This document shows, piece by piece, positions 1-14,300 of a stretch of DNA of 64,000 bases. The notes below the pieces were generated by a model that worked only from the letters and a program-made list of their open reading frames with translations, was not told the origin of the DNA and ran no database searches. Each line of letters opens with the position of its first letter. The first letter of the stretch is position 1. The position numbers and the translations under genes were made by a program. Source of the DNA: Malacoraja senta (lineage: Eukaryota); assembly GCA_038087875.1 (NCBI GenBank), contig CM075985.1:14570001-14634000 (forward strand), read 5' to 3'.

Positions 1-1739
1 TGCTGCTGCAACCGCTGAGTTTCTCCAGCATTTTTGTGTACCCTCTTGAATAGGAGGATGACTTATGCCCTTACAGTTCTGCAAGTTCTGAGACGACGAG
101 GCAGGTGAGTACATTGTTTGGAATGTATGGTCTTATTTGTACTTCATGCTAATACACAAAGTAGTTATTCCTTAAAGATAAGCAAGCTGACTTAATGTAG
201 AGCCATTTAATCTCCCAATCATGTCACATTAACCCACACTTTCAAAAACAAAGTGTCATTAATAGAAACTGTCAATGAAGACAAAATTACGACTTCCTTA
301 TGGGAAATGCTGCCCACGATAACCACTTCTGAATTAGTCATAGAATCAGCAGTTATTTGGAAATAACAATGCATATTTCTTGGGATCTGTCTTTACTAGT
401 TACCCTGGTTCAAACCAAGATAGGTTTCCATGTAGTTACCAACATATATTGCAGAAGTGGAAGGAGCAAACTATATTTGATTGTTCCTAGGTTATAAATG
501 TTCACGCATAAAATATTTTGTCCTTCTACCCTTCAAGTTCCAAGCTTCATCTAATATGTGCCATACTGCACTCTCTACTAAATCAAAGTAAACATACATC
601 AGTAATGTTTCAGAGAATTATAACAACATAAAAATGGGACCTTTCAGCCCACCTTGTCCAGTCCAACCATTAAGTCCATCTATTTTAACTGCATTTGCCT
701 GCACTATTCCCTTGTTGTTATAAATAAATAGTAAATTAAATATGCTGCAAAATATTTGATTAACCTATATTCCTGTAATATGTTTGGTATGACATCTACA
801 AATATATACTCTAAGAACCGGCATATCCTAGAAAGCAGAACACCATCATCATCAATTTAAAAAGAGGGTCTTTATGTAAAACTGGTTTGAGGTTAAATTT
901 TATGCATAAATTATTTAGTTCTTGAGTTCATGTTCGGTTAGACAAGTAAAATGTGTATTAAAGAATCCTTTGGGTATTTTTAAACCTGAATGTCTATTGA
1001 AGGGTCAGCTGCCCACAGGTCGGCAGGTGTTTCTCAGAACACAGAAGAAACAAAATGCTTTTGTAGCACAGTTTCAGGTTCTCAAATGTGTTTCACAAAT
1101 TTGATTAGCTACAAGACAGGACGCATGTTATAGGGTACAAGATCCAGTCATTCTGCATCAATTTCATATCTATATTTTGACAATAATCCAGCATAGTTAG
1201 AAGATAGTTTGAAACTTTGTGGAAAGAACCTGTAATTGGGGAAAAGAGAAATCAGTGCAGTGGTAGGTATCAAAATTATAAGATGTTTAGTTCCAAATGG
1301 CAATTTAAAAAGAAAAAAAATGATGCAAATATGCTGGTCAGGTGACACTTAAGGAAAAAATTGATGTAATATTTCAGATTGATTATGTGCAATTACAGTG
1401 CGTTTTGATAAATATTCAATTAATTTACCCTTAATGTGGTTTTACTTGAAAAACACTAGGTTGGCATGAAGGAAAATGTAGCTGTTATGGGGAATTGCAT
1501 TTATTAATGTGAACAATGGGCTAGAGTGCATCAATACTAATTTCTGGAAATGTTCATCTTTAACTCAATCCAAGACTAATGCATTTTTTTCTAGATAGCA
1601 TGGAAGATCATCAAACTTTAAAATTGGGTTATCAATTTTCCTCGTTGACCAAATTCTCTATAGAATGATGGTATACAATATGCTGAAACAGAATATAGAC
1701 CCACAAATTCAAACACACAGCATGGCATTCAAAAAAAGT

Positions 1740-1933
1740 TTTATTTTACTCAAAATGTAATATATTATTTCAAGAATTTTAAAGTAAGTAGTGCTTTTTG
1801 TCTCTACTTCATCTGTTAGAACAAAGAAATGTTGCAAAATAATACCTCAAACAATATACTGCAAATTCCTTATAATTTAATGTTTCAATTATTGGCCACG
1901 TTGAACATACTTCTCCTTGGGTTTTCTTTTATT
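1740..1933 (-). terminator. Candidate GSAP polyadenylation signals (AATAAA at 1928-1933 and 1740-1745)
   Basis: tttatt on the + strand, 350-540 nt past the stop; AT-rich context, so the site actually used is unknown. Confidence 0.4.
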
Positions 1934-2281
1934 TTTAAAAATAGTTTAGAACTAAATTTGCATTTATAAAAGCAGATACTATGAACATGCATCCCAACAA
2001 TGTACACGTCCATTCAATTGAGAGCTCAGATTAGACAGTTATCGAGTCCTCGTTGTAAGCTGCCTGGTAGAATGAATAAGCAGTCATTCCTTTTGAAAGG
2101 CACACAGTTTGAATCTGTAGCCACATTAGAGCCAACCTGCCCTCTCTGCTGTCTTCAATAAAGAAACCATGTCATGCTTGTTCTCTTTAACAAGTTGATA
2201 TAAAGAAAAAAGTATGCATACAATGGTACCTGACAAATATTGTCAAGTTTTAAGTTTTATCTGCAGTTGTAACCTTACATT

Positions 2282-2382
2282 CTATTTATTTTCAAGACCA
2301 AGAAGAATTAATGTTTGCTTCAATGCTACTTCTTCCACAAACTTTACATCCACATTCTGCTGGGCTTCAAAAGGGTTCGGTG
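2282..2382 (-). CDS. GSAP: GSAP last coding exon (APNPFEAQQNVDVKFVEEVALKQTLILLGLENK*)
   Basis: ctgcag acceptor, TAG stop at 2282-2284. Confidence 0.95.
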
Positions 2383-5300
2383 CTGCAGAGAAAAATACAT
2401 GGTGGATAGGTGGTGTATCCTGCTTGACTCTTATCATGCATTCTCCATAAAGTATGCTGCCCATCACATTATTATGATAAGATAGTGAAACTAGGCACAT
2501 CTTTAAATGTAAACGGTCATAAAAATAAGAAATAACACTGCACCTATCAAACTCACGCTGCTATTCAAAATAATGGCTGAATTTTTACATCCCTCCCTTG
2601 CCCTGTATTAACAGGTCTCAATTAGTTTAGTACTTTAAAACAATCTATTGGTTTTTGATTTGAATATACTCTTTTAATTGAATATATTACATATCATTTC
2701 TTGACAAGTTGGATTAAAATAAATCCCAAGGCTTTTTATGCAAGCATTAAAAGCAAGTGGGTCACTAGAGAGAGAGTAGGACAACTCAAGGACAGAGTGG
2801 GACATTTATGCCTGGAGCCAAAGGAAATGGGCAAGATATTAAATGAGTACTTTGCATCACTATTCACCAAGAAGTGGTATGCTGATAAGTTGATATTATG
2901 AAAGAAATATGAGATGCAAGAGCATCAAGATGGACAACGCTCCTGGGCTTGATGAAATCGATCCCAGGTTAGTTAGAGGGGCAAAAGAGGAGATTGCTGG
3001 CACCATGACAGAAATCTTTTTATCCTCTTTAGCCACTGGCAAAGAGCCAGAAGACTGGAGAACAGCAAATATTGTTCCTCTATTTAAGAAGGACAGCAAA
3101 GACAAACCAGGAAATTATAGGCAGTTGAGCCTTGGAGAAAATTCTTAAGGATAAGATTCAAGTGCTTATTAGGGACAGAAAGCATGATGTTTTGTGGGGG
3201 AGGATGTACAAACTTTTTTTTTTTTTTGAGGAGATGACAAAGATGATTACAACAAAAAACAACAGCACAAGAACAGTCCCCTTGGTACACATGTGCCGAA
3301 CATGATGTCAAGACCAAAGATAGACACAAAAAGTTGGAGTAACGGCAGGACAGGCAGCATCTCCAGAGAGAAGGAATGGGTAACATTTCATGTCGAGACC
3401 CTTCTTCAGACTCTTATTTGCATGCACTTAATTCATATCCCTCCATTCCCTGTACATCCACATGACTATCTGATAGATTTTTAAATGCTACTATCGGATC
3501 AGCCTCAACCACCTCCCCAGGTGCGTTCCAGGCACTCGCCACCCTGTGTATAAAGAACAGAATTTCCACAACATCCTTGTAATGGGGTAATCAGAACTAC
3601 ACACAATACTTGATCCAGAGCAGTAAAGTAATGCTCTTTGGGAGGTCAAATGTGAGAGGAATGTAGTAAATGTAGGGCCCTTAGAAGTATTGATGTACAG
3701 AGGGATCTTTGGATGCAAGTCCATAGCTCCCTGAAAGTGGCAATGCAAGTGGTTAAGGCGATAACAGGAGCAAATGGCATGCTTGCCTTCATTGGTTGGA
3801 GCACTAAGAATAAAAGTTGGGGAAGTCACATTGATTAAGTCACATCTGGAGTATTACGTATAGTTCTGGTTGCCACACCATGGGAAGGATTTGCCATTAA
3901 ATCGTAGGCCACACTTGGGCTGTTTTCCCTGGAGCGACCGAGGCAGAGGGGAGATTTGCTAGATATTTATAAACATTGAGAGGGACAGGTAGGATGGACA
4001 GTCAGAACCTTTCGCCCAGGGTGGAAATGTCAAATACCTGAGGGCATAGATTTATGATGAGGAAAAATGTTAAGGAAATTTGCAAGAGTTTTTTTTTTCT
4101 ATACTGTGTGCAAGGTACCTGGTCCACACTACCAGGGAAGGTGGTAGAAGCAGATAGCAACAGTTAAGAGGTGTTTAGACAAAAACATCATCAGGCAGGA
4201 TATAGAATGATATGGACCACATACAAGCAGATGACTAGTTTTGATTGCAATCATAGTCAGCACAGACATCGGGGGCTGAAGGGCATGTTCCTATGCTGTA
4301 ATGTTCTAAGTTATATACTAATTTTCACTACTTTGTTCATATACTTAGAACACACGGATAATGTTTTTTTATTATTTATGATTTCCAAAGTAAACTCTGA
4401 AATGTTTAGATCTCAAATATTTAATTAACTGTGCAACTATTACTCCAAAATTTGGATATATTCTATCTGGGGAAACTTAAACAAAGTACTAAAATACCGT
4501 TGCATTGTCAAAAGTAAAATTAATCGTATCTCAGTTTTATTGTAAGAACAGCACCAATATCCGATGTTCTATTCTGTATATTTACCTCAACTAGCATCAA
4601 AGAAAATAAAATAAACTAATTCATAGGAACTTTATGGCCTAGAATCTGCATTCATGAAGAAAAGCAAGAGGCTGACCCAAAAAATTCCAGTGATCTTTGT
4701 GCTGAAAGCTTCACAATGAATGCCAACTGAGGGAATTCCCAAAGTTGCTACCTATTTCATAGTCTAATGATGGCAATTTCACTGTCATCACTACTATAAA
4801 GATTGAGGTTGGATTAAATCGCAATGCAAATCAGAGAAACATTTATATTTGCTCCTGTTTTTACTAAAATGCAAATTAGTTATTAACCAAATGTACATGT
4901 CTTTCTTTAAACTAATATTGCTTGCATTCTTAAACATCAGAAAACAAAAACTGACCAAAGACAAACAATTTTACTTGCCTTGGTGTTCCACTTCTGTTAA
5001 GATTCTTGCTAGGTAAGTCAGCGGTAGAAATTCAGTCTCAAATGGGTCCTGTTCCCGTATGAAAACAGGTCTTGATTTCTACAAAATGAAAATGGCAAAA
5101 ATCACTAGTTTAGCCTACAAAAACTGTACTTTAATTGTAAAGAAATTATTGTTCAGCTATGTCATTTCAAATGTTCATGGTTTCCAAATATCTTTCTCTT
5201 GACACATTACTGTATTTCATTGAAAATAAACAACATTCTATGTCTACCTGAACTTGGCTGCAGTCAGGAAAACTTTACAACTCTGGCATCTTTCACTTCT

Positions 5301-8300
5301 GATATCTGGTTTGGTTTATTGCTGACGGGTTCCATCTAACTGTTCATTTTAAAGAACTGAAAGTTTCTAGTCTACACTACAAATTGCAAACATATTAATC
5401 AACAAAAGACTTCGCATTTCTACCAACTGTAAATTTAAAATAAATCTGTGTCACATATATACAATTATGGAATTAATTAACTTTTAACATTTTAGGAAAA
5501 CTTAAAAAGTTAAAACTTAAAACACTTCCAATGGAAAACGTCTCTCGGTATCCTCGACCCTCCGAATTTGCCAACAAGTCAAGACTGCATTCCTCATACT
5601 ACATTGCACATAATCCAATTACACTTTATTTCAAATGGCCATAAACCCACAAATTCAAATCAAAGTTGTCAGCAATCATGCCCATTAATTCTGCCTCTTT
5701 CTCCACAAATGCGGCCTGACTTCATTTTTTTCCGCACAATTTATTATTTTAATTTACTCAGTCCTCAGTTTACTAATGCCTCACTCCTAACTGATAAACA
5801 ATCATAGAAGAATCACTGTTTTGTCTTAGTAAATGCAAGTTCATAAAACAAAATCATCTAAGTCTTGCTGCTGCAAGTCAGAATTACATTGTTCCATTTC
5901 ATGACATATGGCAATAAAATACTCTTGACTCTTAATTAAGGAAATTTTATTTAGCTTGTCAGACACAATGAGTTATAATTGGGAAGATAGAAATGACAGT
6001 CCCATTGAAAACATACTTTGGATCTCTCTTCACAAACCAGAACATAAATAACATTCTAGAAATGTTAAGAAACCCAAGGACTAGTGAAATAGAAGAACTG
6101 GAGAAAATCGTTTAGTGGGAAAAAAAAGTGGTTAGGGGAATTCAAGGATAGTGGTGAAGCTGATGGCTGGGGGTTTATTGAGCAAGATAATAATTAGTCA
6201 AATCTTACTCTTTTGATTGATGGACTTTACCACTCACCTGCTGGGTGGAACGTTTTTTCAGGAGTATTTCCACGTAGTTCCGAGCAACATGTGACGTACT
6301 GATTGGATGATCCCAGAGGCAACAGATTTTGTGTTCAATAATCTATAAAAGAGAACACATTACTAACTCAAAATCGAGCATCAAATTAAAGCTTTTGTTA
6401 CACTTCAACAAAGCATCCAAAATATTTGCAAACAGTAAAGAATCAGACTCTCCAAATTGGTCCTAGTATCTTCTTACTGAGGTTTTTACAACTGTTTACA
6501 GAACAATCTCTTTGTTCTGAAAAGACACACCTAACAATTTCTGGAGTCTGATTACATAATCCACTCTCACATATAGCCATGTCAACAAGGATGATTAGCA
6601 GAAGGTGTTTGTTTTTAAAGCAGATATATTACAGCTATAACAGATTCGATTGTAATAAGACTATGCTTTACAGGCTCATTAGTCTTTTTATTCAATGTTT
6701 ATGAAATATTTGAAAATCCCAACCATTGAGAAGAGTCAGGAAGAAAACGGTACAAGGAATACATCTTTGAGATCACCACCCACCTCTGGAATTCTTGCCA
6801 TAATACTCAATTTGAATCTTTCATTAATTTCAGAATTATCAAGTTCTGAAAGCAAGAAAATACATATTTGTTCAAATAGCATTGGTAATACTTTCTTAAA
6901 GAAAAACAATAAGTTTCACTACTAAGAAACAGATTAACAGTTCTCATTTTCAAGAAATGCAATGTCTTTAAAATATCTTCTGGAGAAGGGCAGCGCAAGC
7001 CATTTGTGTAATTTTCTTTACAGGACTTTGCTTTAACACTACGCCCCAGTGTGGATTCTCAGCCAGCCACTTTAGCCATCTTGACAAGCCACATAGGCGA
7101 GACTACATTTTTGGAGAAAAGTTTCCAGTGGAACCGAGTGAGGTGGTACGGCTCATTGTGATTTAGAACCCAAAATAGCCACAGTTACTGTAAACTATGC
7201 CACAATCCCCAGGGAGGCAACAGCACCAGCTCAAGAGAGTCATTGTTACTCCCACCCACATAAAGTGCACAATGAAGCTGATCATGCACAAGGAAATAGC
7301 ATATTTTTTTTAAACAGACCAATCCCTTTTGCAGTACAGTGGACAAAATATTGAGGTATCACAATCTAGATATAGTAATAGTAGATGGTGATTTAGGTAG
7401 TAGAAAAATAAGTGCAATTTAGGGAAAGATTGGGGAAGTTGAAGGGGACTCAATGGCCCAAATTGCCTCAGGAGGAGTCTGAGTTGTACTGGTCTAAACA
7501 CATTGTATTGTACATAATGGTGGCAGATGAATAACAATATAGCAATCCAGCTAAACAATAATTTAAATTGCACATATAAAAAGATAAATAAAGAGTAAAT
7601 TATTCATTTTTAGTGAGCACCAATGACCAAATGCAGACTTGATAAAGAACAGTTTAGAAGAAACTAGTAAAAATTGATATGAAAGCAACAAATATCAGAT
7701 ATAGATATATCACCTGAAAATTGAGATTTTTGGCACTATTTGAGAATTCATCCCTAAATAAGCAGGGATCAATCATATCACCCTTTTGCCTCTTCCAACA
7801 TTCCATAAGATGATGGTTGATCTGATCTTGGCCTCAATTCTCCTAAAGACCCCAAATCCATCTATCTTAGTCTTAAATACATTCAATGATTCAGACTCCA
7901 TAACTCGCTGAAGTAAAAAATTCCTAAGATTCATGATCCTAATGAGAATTTTTTTCTCCTTTCTAGACTGTCCCACCTGGACAACAATCTCACTGCATGT
8001 ACCCTGTTAAGCTGCGTCAGAATCTTGCATTGTTTCAATAAGATCATCTCCAATTTTTCTGAACTCCAAAGTGTATATGCTCAATCTGGTTAACCTTTCC
8101 TCGTAAGACAACATCTGCCTTACAGCAGTCAGCTGAGTGAACGTTCTCTAAACTGCTTATGCAAGTGTATCCTTTCTTATATGAAGAGGCCAGGACTATA
8201 CATTGCACTGTCATGGCATCATTGTCCTTTCTGGCTTTCTATTCTTATCAAGGTGGTAAATGTTACATTTTCCAACATCATAGCCATCTACCATATTTTT

Positions 8301-11300
8301 GTTCACTTGTGTACCCATCTGAATACCAGTCATGTTCCTTTCCCACCTAAATATGTCTCAGCAGCAAATATGGCTGTAATACACTGTTCCTTTTTCCGTG
8401 TTGTTAATGTGAGCCATAACCAGCTGAGGCTGAATATTTATCCCACGGCATGGCATTAATTAGAGCTTGCCAACACATGGAAGGAATGCCTTTTTTATTT
8501 ATTTTTATTTTTAAATTTATTAGAAGTACATTACATTACAACCACATACATTAGTACTCATCACATATATCTTCTTACAATTAATGTACTCCATTTGTTT
8601 TTTACACTAATAAAGGGAAAGGATGAGATTGAGAGAAAGAAGAAAGTGAAGGAAAAGGTGAAAGTGTAAAAAACGTGACAACAAGAAAGTACGAAGACCC
8701 TATAAGAACGAAATTAAAAACAAAAGAAAAAGAGTTAATAAATAGACCCTAGAAAAGAAGAAGAAAGAGAAAGAGGGAAAAGAGAAAAACAAATAGTTTT
8801 TGTAAGCATCACGCAAATGGGACATACCAACTCTCCAACTTTCATCCCCCCCTTACCTGACCTCAGTTTTTTTTACGGTAAGGAATGCCTTTTTAAACAT
8901 AGTTACAAAACGTGTCCTTCCAACAAGTCATTTATTTAGCCACAAGGAAATTACAATTTTCACCTTCAATTAACCTGGTAACAAACTGCTCTGTTGGATG
9001 CAACAAACCAAGATCGATATAATGCAGTAGGGAATGTAAAGGAAGGCATCGTGCACCAAGGACCATGTGAATTGTGTGATAACCTGTATTAAGACAAAGG
9101 GGAACATTTTAACATTGACAGAAACCAAAGAGAAAAAGGCCATCAAAAAGAGTTTTATACATCAGAACAAAGCTCTTTAAATTATTCATAGTGCAGAAAT
9201 AATTCAGAATTCTCAATAAATGCACGTCCTTGAAAAATGAAAGCTCTTAGAGTGGCAGAAACACAGTTAACAAGAGACGGTAACTTGAGCATTAAAACTA
9301 GCATTTTTTGATGTTGCCAATTGTATTAGAGGAATTACATTTTGAAATGGGATAGGGCACTTGTAAGACCAGGATTTATTGCCCACCACAACTGCCCCAA
9401 AGAGGGCAAGTGGACATAATAAACCCCTACAAACCCCAACGATGAAGGAACTGAGGATTTTTTCATCTCAGGATAGTTTGCGAGTTGGAGGGGAGCCTGG
9501 AGGTGGCGACATTCCCACACACCTGGTGTTATTGCACAGTTGGCTGGTGGAAGTTAAAGGATTTGAAATAGTTTTTGCAGAAGCTTTATCGAGCTGCTGT
9601 GGTACATTTTAAAGTCAGCTTGTATGGAGGTCACAGTGCATTGGTGGCAGATGGATTTGTGTTTAGGATAGCGAGTATCTTTCTGATCATTGTCTACAAT
9701 GACCTGAATGCTTTCAAGTTCCCGAGTATTTAATAAGCTGTATTCTGACAAGTGGAAGAATATTCTAGGAAACTACTGATTTGTAATTTCTGTACACGGT
9801 GGCAGGGATTTGGGGTTTTCAAAGGTTCATTTATTGTCACATACACCAATTGGTGTAGTGAAATTCAAGTTGCCATTGCAGCACATTAATAAGAATACAA
9901 CATAACATTATAAAGAAATTTAACATAAAACATAAAAACATCCCCCCATAATGGTTCCCACTGTGAGGGAAGGCACAAAGTCCAGTCACAATCCCCTTGT
10001 CCACCCATAGTCGGGCCTATTGAGGCCTCCGCAGTCGGCGCTATGGGGGCCCGATGTTTCAGGCCCTTCTTGCTGGGTGATAGTGCTCCGGCGTTGGGAG
10101 AATCCTCTCAGCGGCTTGGGATGCTTGTAACGGCTGCTTCCTTACCGGAGACCGCGGCTTACGAAGCCGACAGGCCGCGCTGGACGGAGCTCCACCACTG
10201 GTGATCTCGGCGAGAGATCCCAGGCTCCCGATGTAAAGTTCAGCATCGCCGCCCACGGCTTGCCGCTCCACAGACCCGCAGCATCGCGATGTTTTCATCG
10301 ACGGTCTCAGCATTCTGGGGCTCCAGCGCGGCGACCCGGGCAAGGTATCACCCGCTCCGCTCCGCGATAGCGCTCCAGCGCTGTGCCGCCGCCGAAGCCA
10401 TGGTTCTGGCCAGTCCCCTCAGGAAAGGCTGCTCCAGACGCGATAGAAGGCCGCGAGGACGGGTCAAAGACGCTGCTCAGAGGAAAGCAGCCTCTCCGCC
10501 CAGGTAGGGACTAGGAAAGCAGTTTTCCCCCTCCCCCCCCCACATAAAAAGAGCAGTCCTCCAAAAACAAGACACTATTTGACATACAGCCATACCCAAC
10601 TGGTCGGCGCCCCCTAGGGTTTTGAGAAGTGCTACAAATATGAACAGCAAACTAGCAAGAAATATAAAATTGACGTTTTTTTCCAGTATGAAAAACAGGA
10701 AGAGGGTGAGCGAAAGAAAACAGTTTCTTAGATAGAGGTAGACAAGATTATAATGAGATAGTAGAAAATGGTAGAGACATCAAACTGCACAGAACTGCTG
10801 GCGATATCCTCTGTGTGGGTCAACTTGGTTCCAACTTTTGCACTTGTGCCTTGCATCATGAAAGTCAGAAATGAGTTGGTCAGAAGCACGAGCATCTGAC
10901 CATTTGTTCTACCACTAGACTGCCCACTATCGAGTGTTTTGCATGACTCCACTCATCTTAATGGGTCATCATTTACCATTAGGCTTTAATGACATTGCGA
11001 CAACAGGTAGTTTACAGTAAATAAAATTTGCCATATTCCTTAAGAGCACAACATAATTCTGAAAAAGATAAAATGATATCTGCAACCCTTCATTTATCAA
11101 CTGTCTCCTGCCTGGATTAATTTTAAACTACATAGTCTTTCTCAACCTGCTTATCAATCAATACGTTACCTGGAGGAAGAGGCAGAGACAGCCCTTCAAC
11201 AGCTTGCAAAACCCAAATCATCATATGGAACACGACAAATTCTGCAGAATTTACTTCCTCTCTGTTGGACCTACAGAGTAAGAGTTAAATATATACATTA

Positions 11301-14300
11301 CAAGATTCAAACAACAGTGAAGAAATGGTCATCTTTGGCAATGGTTCAATGGCACTTTATTTGCCACATGCACTGAGGTACAGTGAAATTGATTTTTGTA
11401 TACAATTCAGTACAAGTATTACTCTTCATAAGCACTTAGATACATATTAGATAAGCATCTCAGGTACAAGTGTATAGCAGTGGTACACTGAGACAGTATA
11501 CAGAGTCACCAGTTTTGGTGCACTTTTCAAGTCCCAGTTTGTAAGTGCAGGGTTATTGACCCGACCTTGAAGGCTTGATGTCCAGGAGGCCTTGCAGGGT
11601 CAGCAAATGGCTAGCGGCACATTGCCTGCCCATTGTACACAGCTTTTGATGAAAAGCTAATACCAGACATGCTTACTGGACAGCTGATCAAGAATCATCT
11701 CTGTGCAGCCCTACGAGAGTTCAGCCCCAGAAAGTGATTCAATTTGCACAAAAATAGTCCACACGTTAAAGTTTATCTCCATTATTTTTTGTTCCAGAAG
11801 TAATTTTAGTGTGGAAGGACCAACTTCCCCAAGTTTCATATAAAGGACCCTTTGGACCTGATTCATTCAATAAGTTTTTGGCTGATCGGATCTTGGCCTC
11901 AGCTCCATTTTCCTGCCTGTTCCCCCAAATCCTTGTCTCCCTTATACATCAATCCAACTTGGTATTCAATATATATGATTTAGCCTCCATTAGATAGAGA
12001 ATTTCAAGAAGAAAATCCTCCTTTACAAAGTTATACAGCACAGAACCCAGCCCTTTAAATGAATGCCACATCTTAAAAATATTCTTCCCACATTCCCAAC
12101 TTCCCGTACATTCTACCATTCATCTGCACACTTGGAGCAATTCACAGTGAATTCATCAAGGTACGAATCTTTTGGATGTGGGAGGAACCCGGATGATCAT
12201 GGTGAGAAAATACAACCTCCACACAGACAGTACCAGAAGTCAGAATTGAAACCAGGTAAACCAGCTGTGAGGAAGCCGCACTACCATCTGAAATGGGCAA
12301 CTTATTGTAAAACTATGCTATCTATTCTACAATGCCCCACAAAAGGGAATATCTTCTCAGCATCTTCCTCATATTTCAATAAGATCAATTCTCATTCTTC
12401 CAAAATACAATGCCTGTGGGTCCAAACTTGCCTGAAGCAATCCTTGAATCCCTGGATTCCATTCCGCAGTGAACTTTATCTAAACTGTTGCCAATCTAAG
12501 TGCATCCCTCTTTAAATAAAGATCAAAACTGTACACAGCAGTCCAGTTGTCGTCCCACCAACAACCTAGTCCCACCATCAACCTATCCAGTTCTGTTCCT
12601 TTGCTAGAAATTACCAACACTTTTCTCCCTCACCCACAAAATAAAAATCAACCCAAAATTAGTGGACAATATAACTATTACTAGAACAGTGATAATATTT
12701 TACTGATTAGCTAATCAACTGATATTGGAAAATTATCAAACCTCAGAATAATTATTCATTTTTGCTGACTTCCACATGAATGATCTTACTTTCTCTGCCT
12801 TTCAACATTAAATATTCTGCATTCACATGAACTTAGTAGGAAATTTAAATGACACACATGTAAGCAGACCAGTGTTCTATTTTAGTATTTAAGAAGGAAC
12901 TGCAGATGCTGGAAAATCGAAGGTAGACAAAAGTGCTGGAGAAACTCAGCGGGTGCAGCAGCATCTATGGAGCGAAGGAAATAGGCAACGTTTCGGGCCG
13001 AAACTCTTCTTCAGTCTGAAGAATGGTTTTGGCCCGAAACGTTGCCTATTTCCTTCGCTCCATAGATGCTACTGCACCCGCTGAGTTTCTCCAGCACTTT
13101 TGTCTACCTTCTATTTTAGTATCTCAAGTTTAAAATTCCACTTTTTAAAGAATACTAAATTATAACTGTACAATAACTTTGACATCCAACTGTTTCCCCC
13201 AAATTGCTCATTATAAAAATTAATATGCATGTGATGCTGTAAATTATCCTACTTTAACACGATCTTTACTTACAAGCACAGGTTGTGGGTTCTGAGCCCA
13301 TAATTTTTCCATATTGTGTCCACAATTTTCCATATGCATTCAAGCTAAAAGAAAGGGCAATTTATTAAAACATTTTTCAATGTAATGACAAACAAGTTTT
13401 AGATTCCTGTGATTTTTTTTACAACACTGGTACAGGCACAAGACACTGCCGATGCTGGAAGTTGGAAGAAAAATAAACTGCTGGAAGAATTCAGTGAACC
13501 AAGCTGCATCTATGGAGGCAAGAGATCGAGGTTTCAGGTCAAGAGTCTGCATCAGGACTAAAATGTAGTTACAGAGCAGTAGAAACAACAGAGGGAGACA
13601 GGAAAAGAGAACTTCTTCAAAGTGATGCCTTTGAATTCCCAGTGCAGTTATATGTGGAGACACCAACTACTGATGAAGGGACCTTGAGCAAAAAATAAAC
13701 AGCTGGAAGAACTGAGTAGACCAAGCTTCAGCTGTGGAGCAAAGGCATGGTTGACATTTGCAATTAAAATGCTGAATCAGTCCTGCTTCAGATTCCAGCA
13801 TCAGCATTCTCTTATTTCTCCACACACCTACTCCACTGCAAATTATTTTCCAGGCATTTTCACTTCGAAGAAGTGCTCCTCCAAGCTTCGTGAGAAAATC
13901 AGCGAGTCATCAAACATAGTACAGTACATCACAGGAATAAGCCGTGTGGCCCTCAATGTCTGTGCCGAACACAATTCCAAGTTTAACTAATCTCTGTCTG
14001 CACATAATACATATCTCTCCATGCATATCCAGGTGCCTGTGCGAAAGCTCTTAAATGCCACTCTCTCACCATTCTCCCTCTGTTGTTTTGTGCTGGTGTA
14101 GTGTAGGCTTTGGAATCGCACAAATAGCGCAAAGACCAAATCACTTTTTGAAGAGGTAAGCAATGTTGATGAGAGCTGAAAGGAACCTTCCTTGTTAAAT
14201 TAAAATTGACACTGAACCACATGAAAGAAGTTAGGTCAAAGAATTATAATGCTGACCCTCGCAAAACGATTCCACTCCTAGGGAAGCAATAACTTGGATC

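Noticed and set aside
10059-10507. GC-rich ORFs or a CpG-island promoter (also 60569-61159)
   Set aside because: They lie in intronic repeat-like inserts with a retroelement tail and show no recognisable protein or first exon.
10728-10952. ORF with LVLLTNSFLTFMMQG, superficially like a GSAP exon
   Set aside because: No suitable splice sites, and the expected exon is clearly at 8964-9083.
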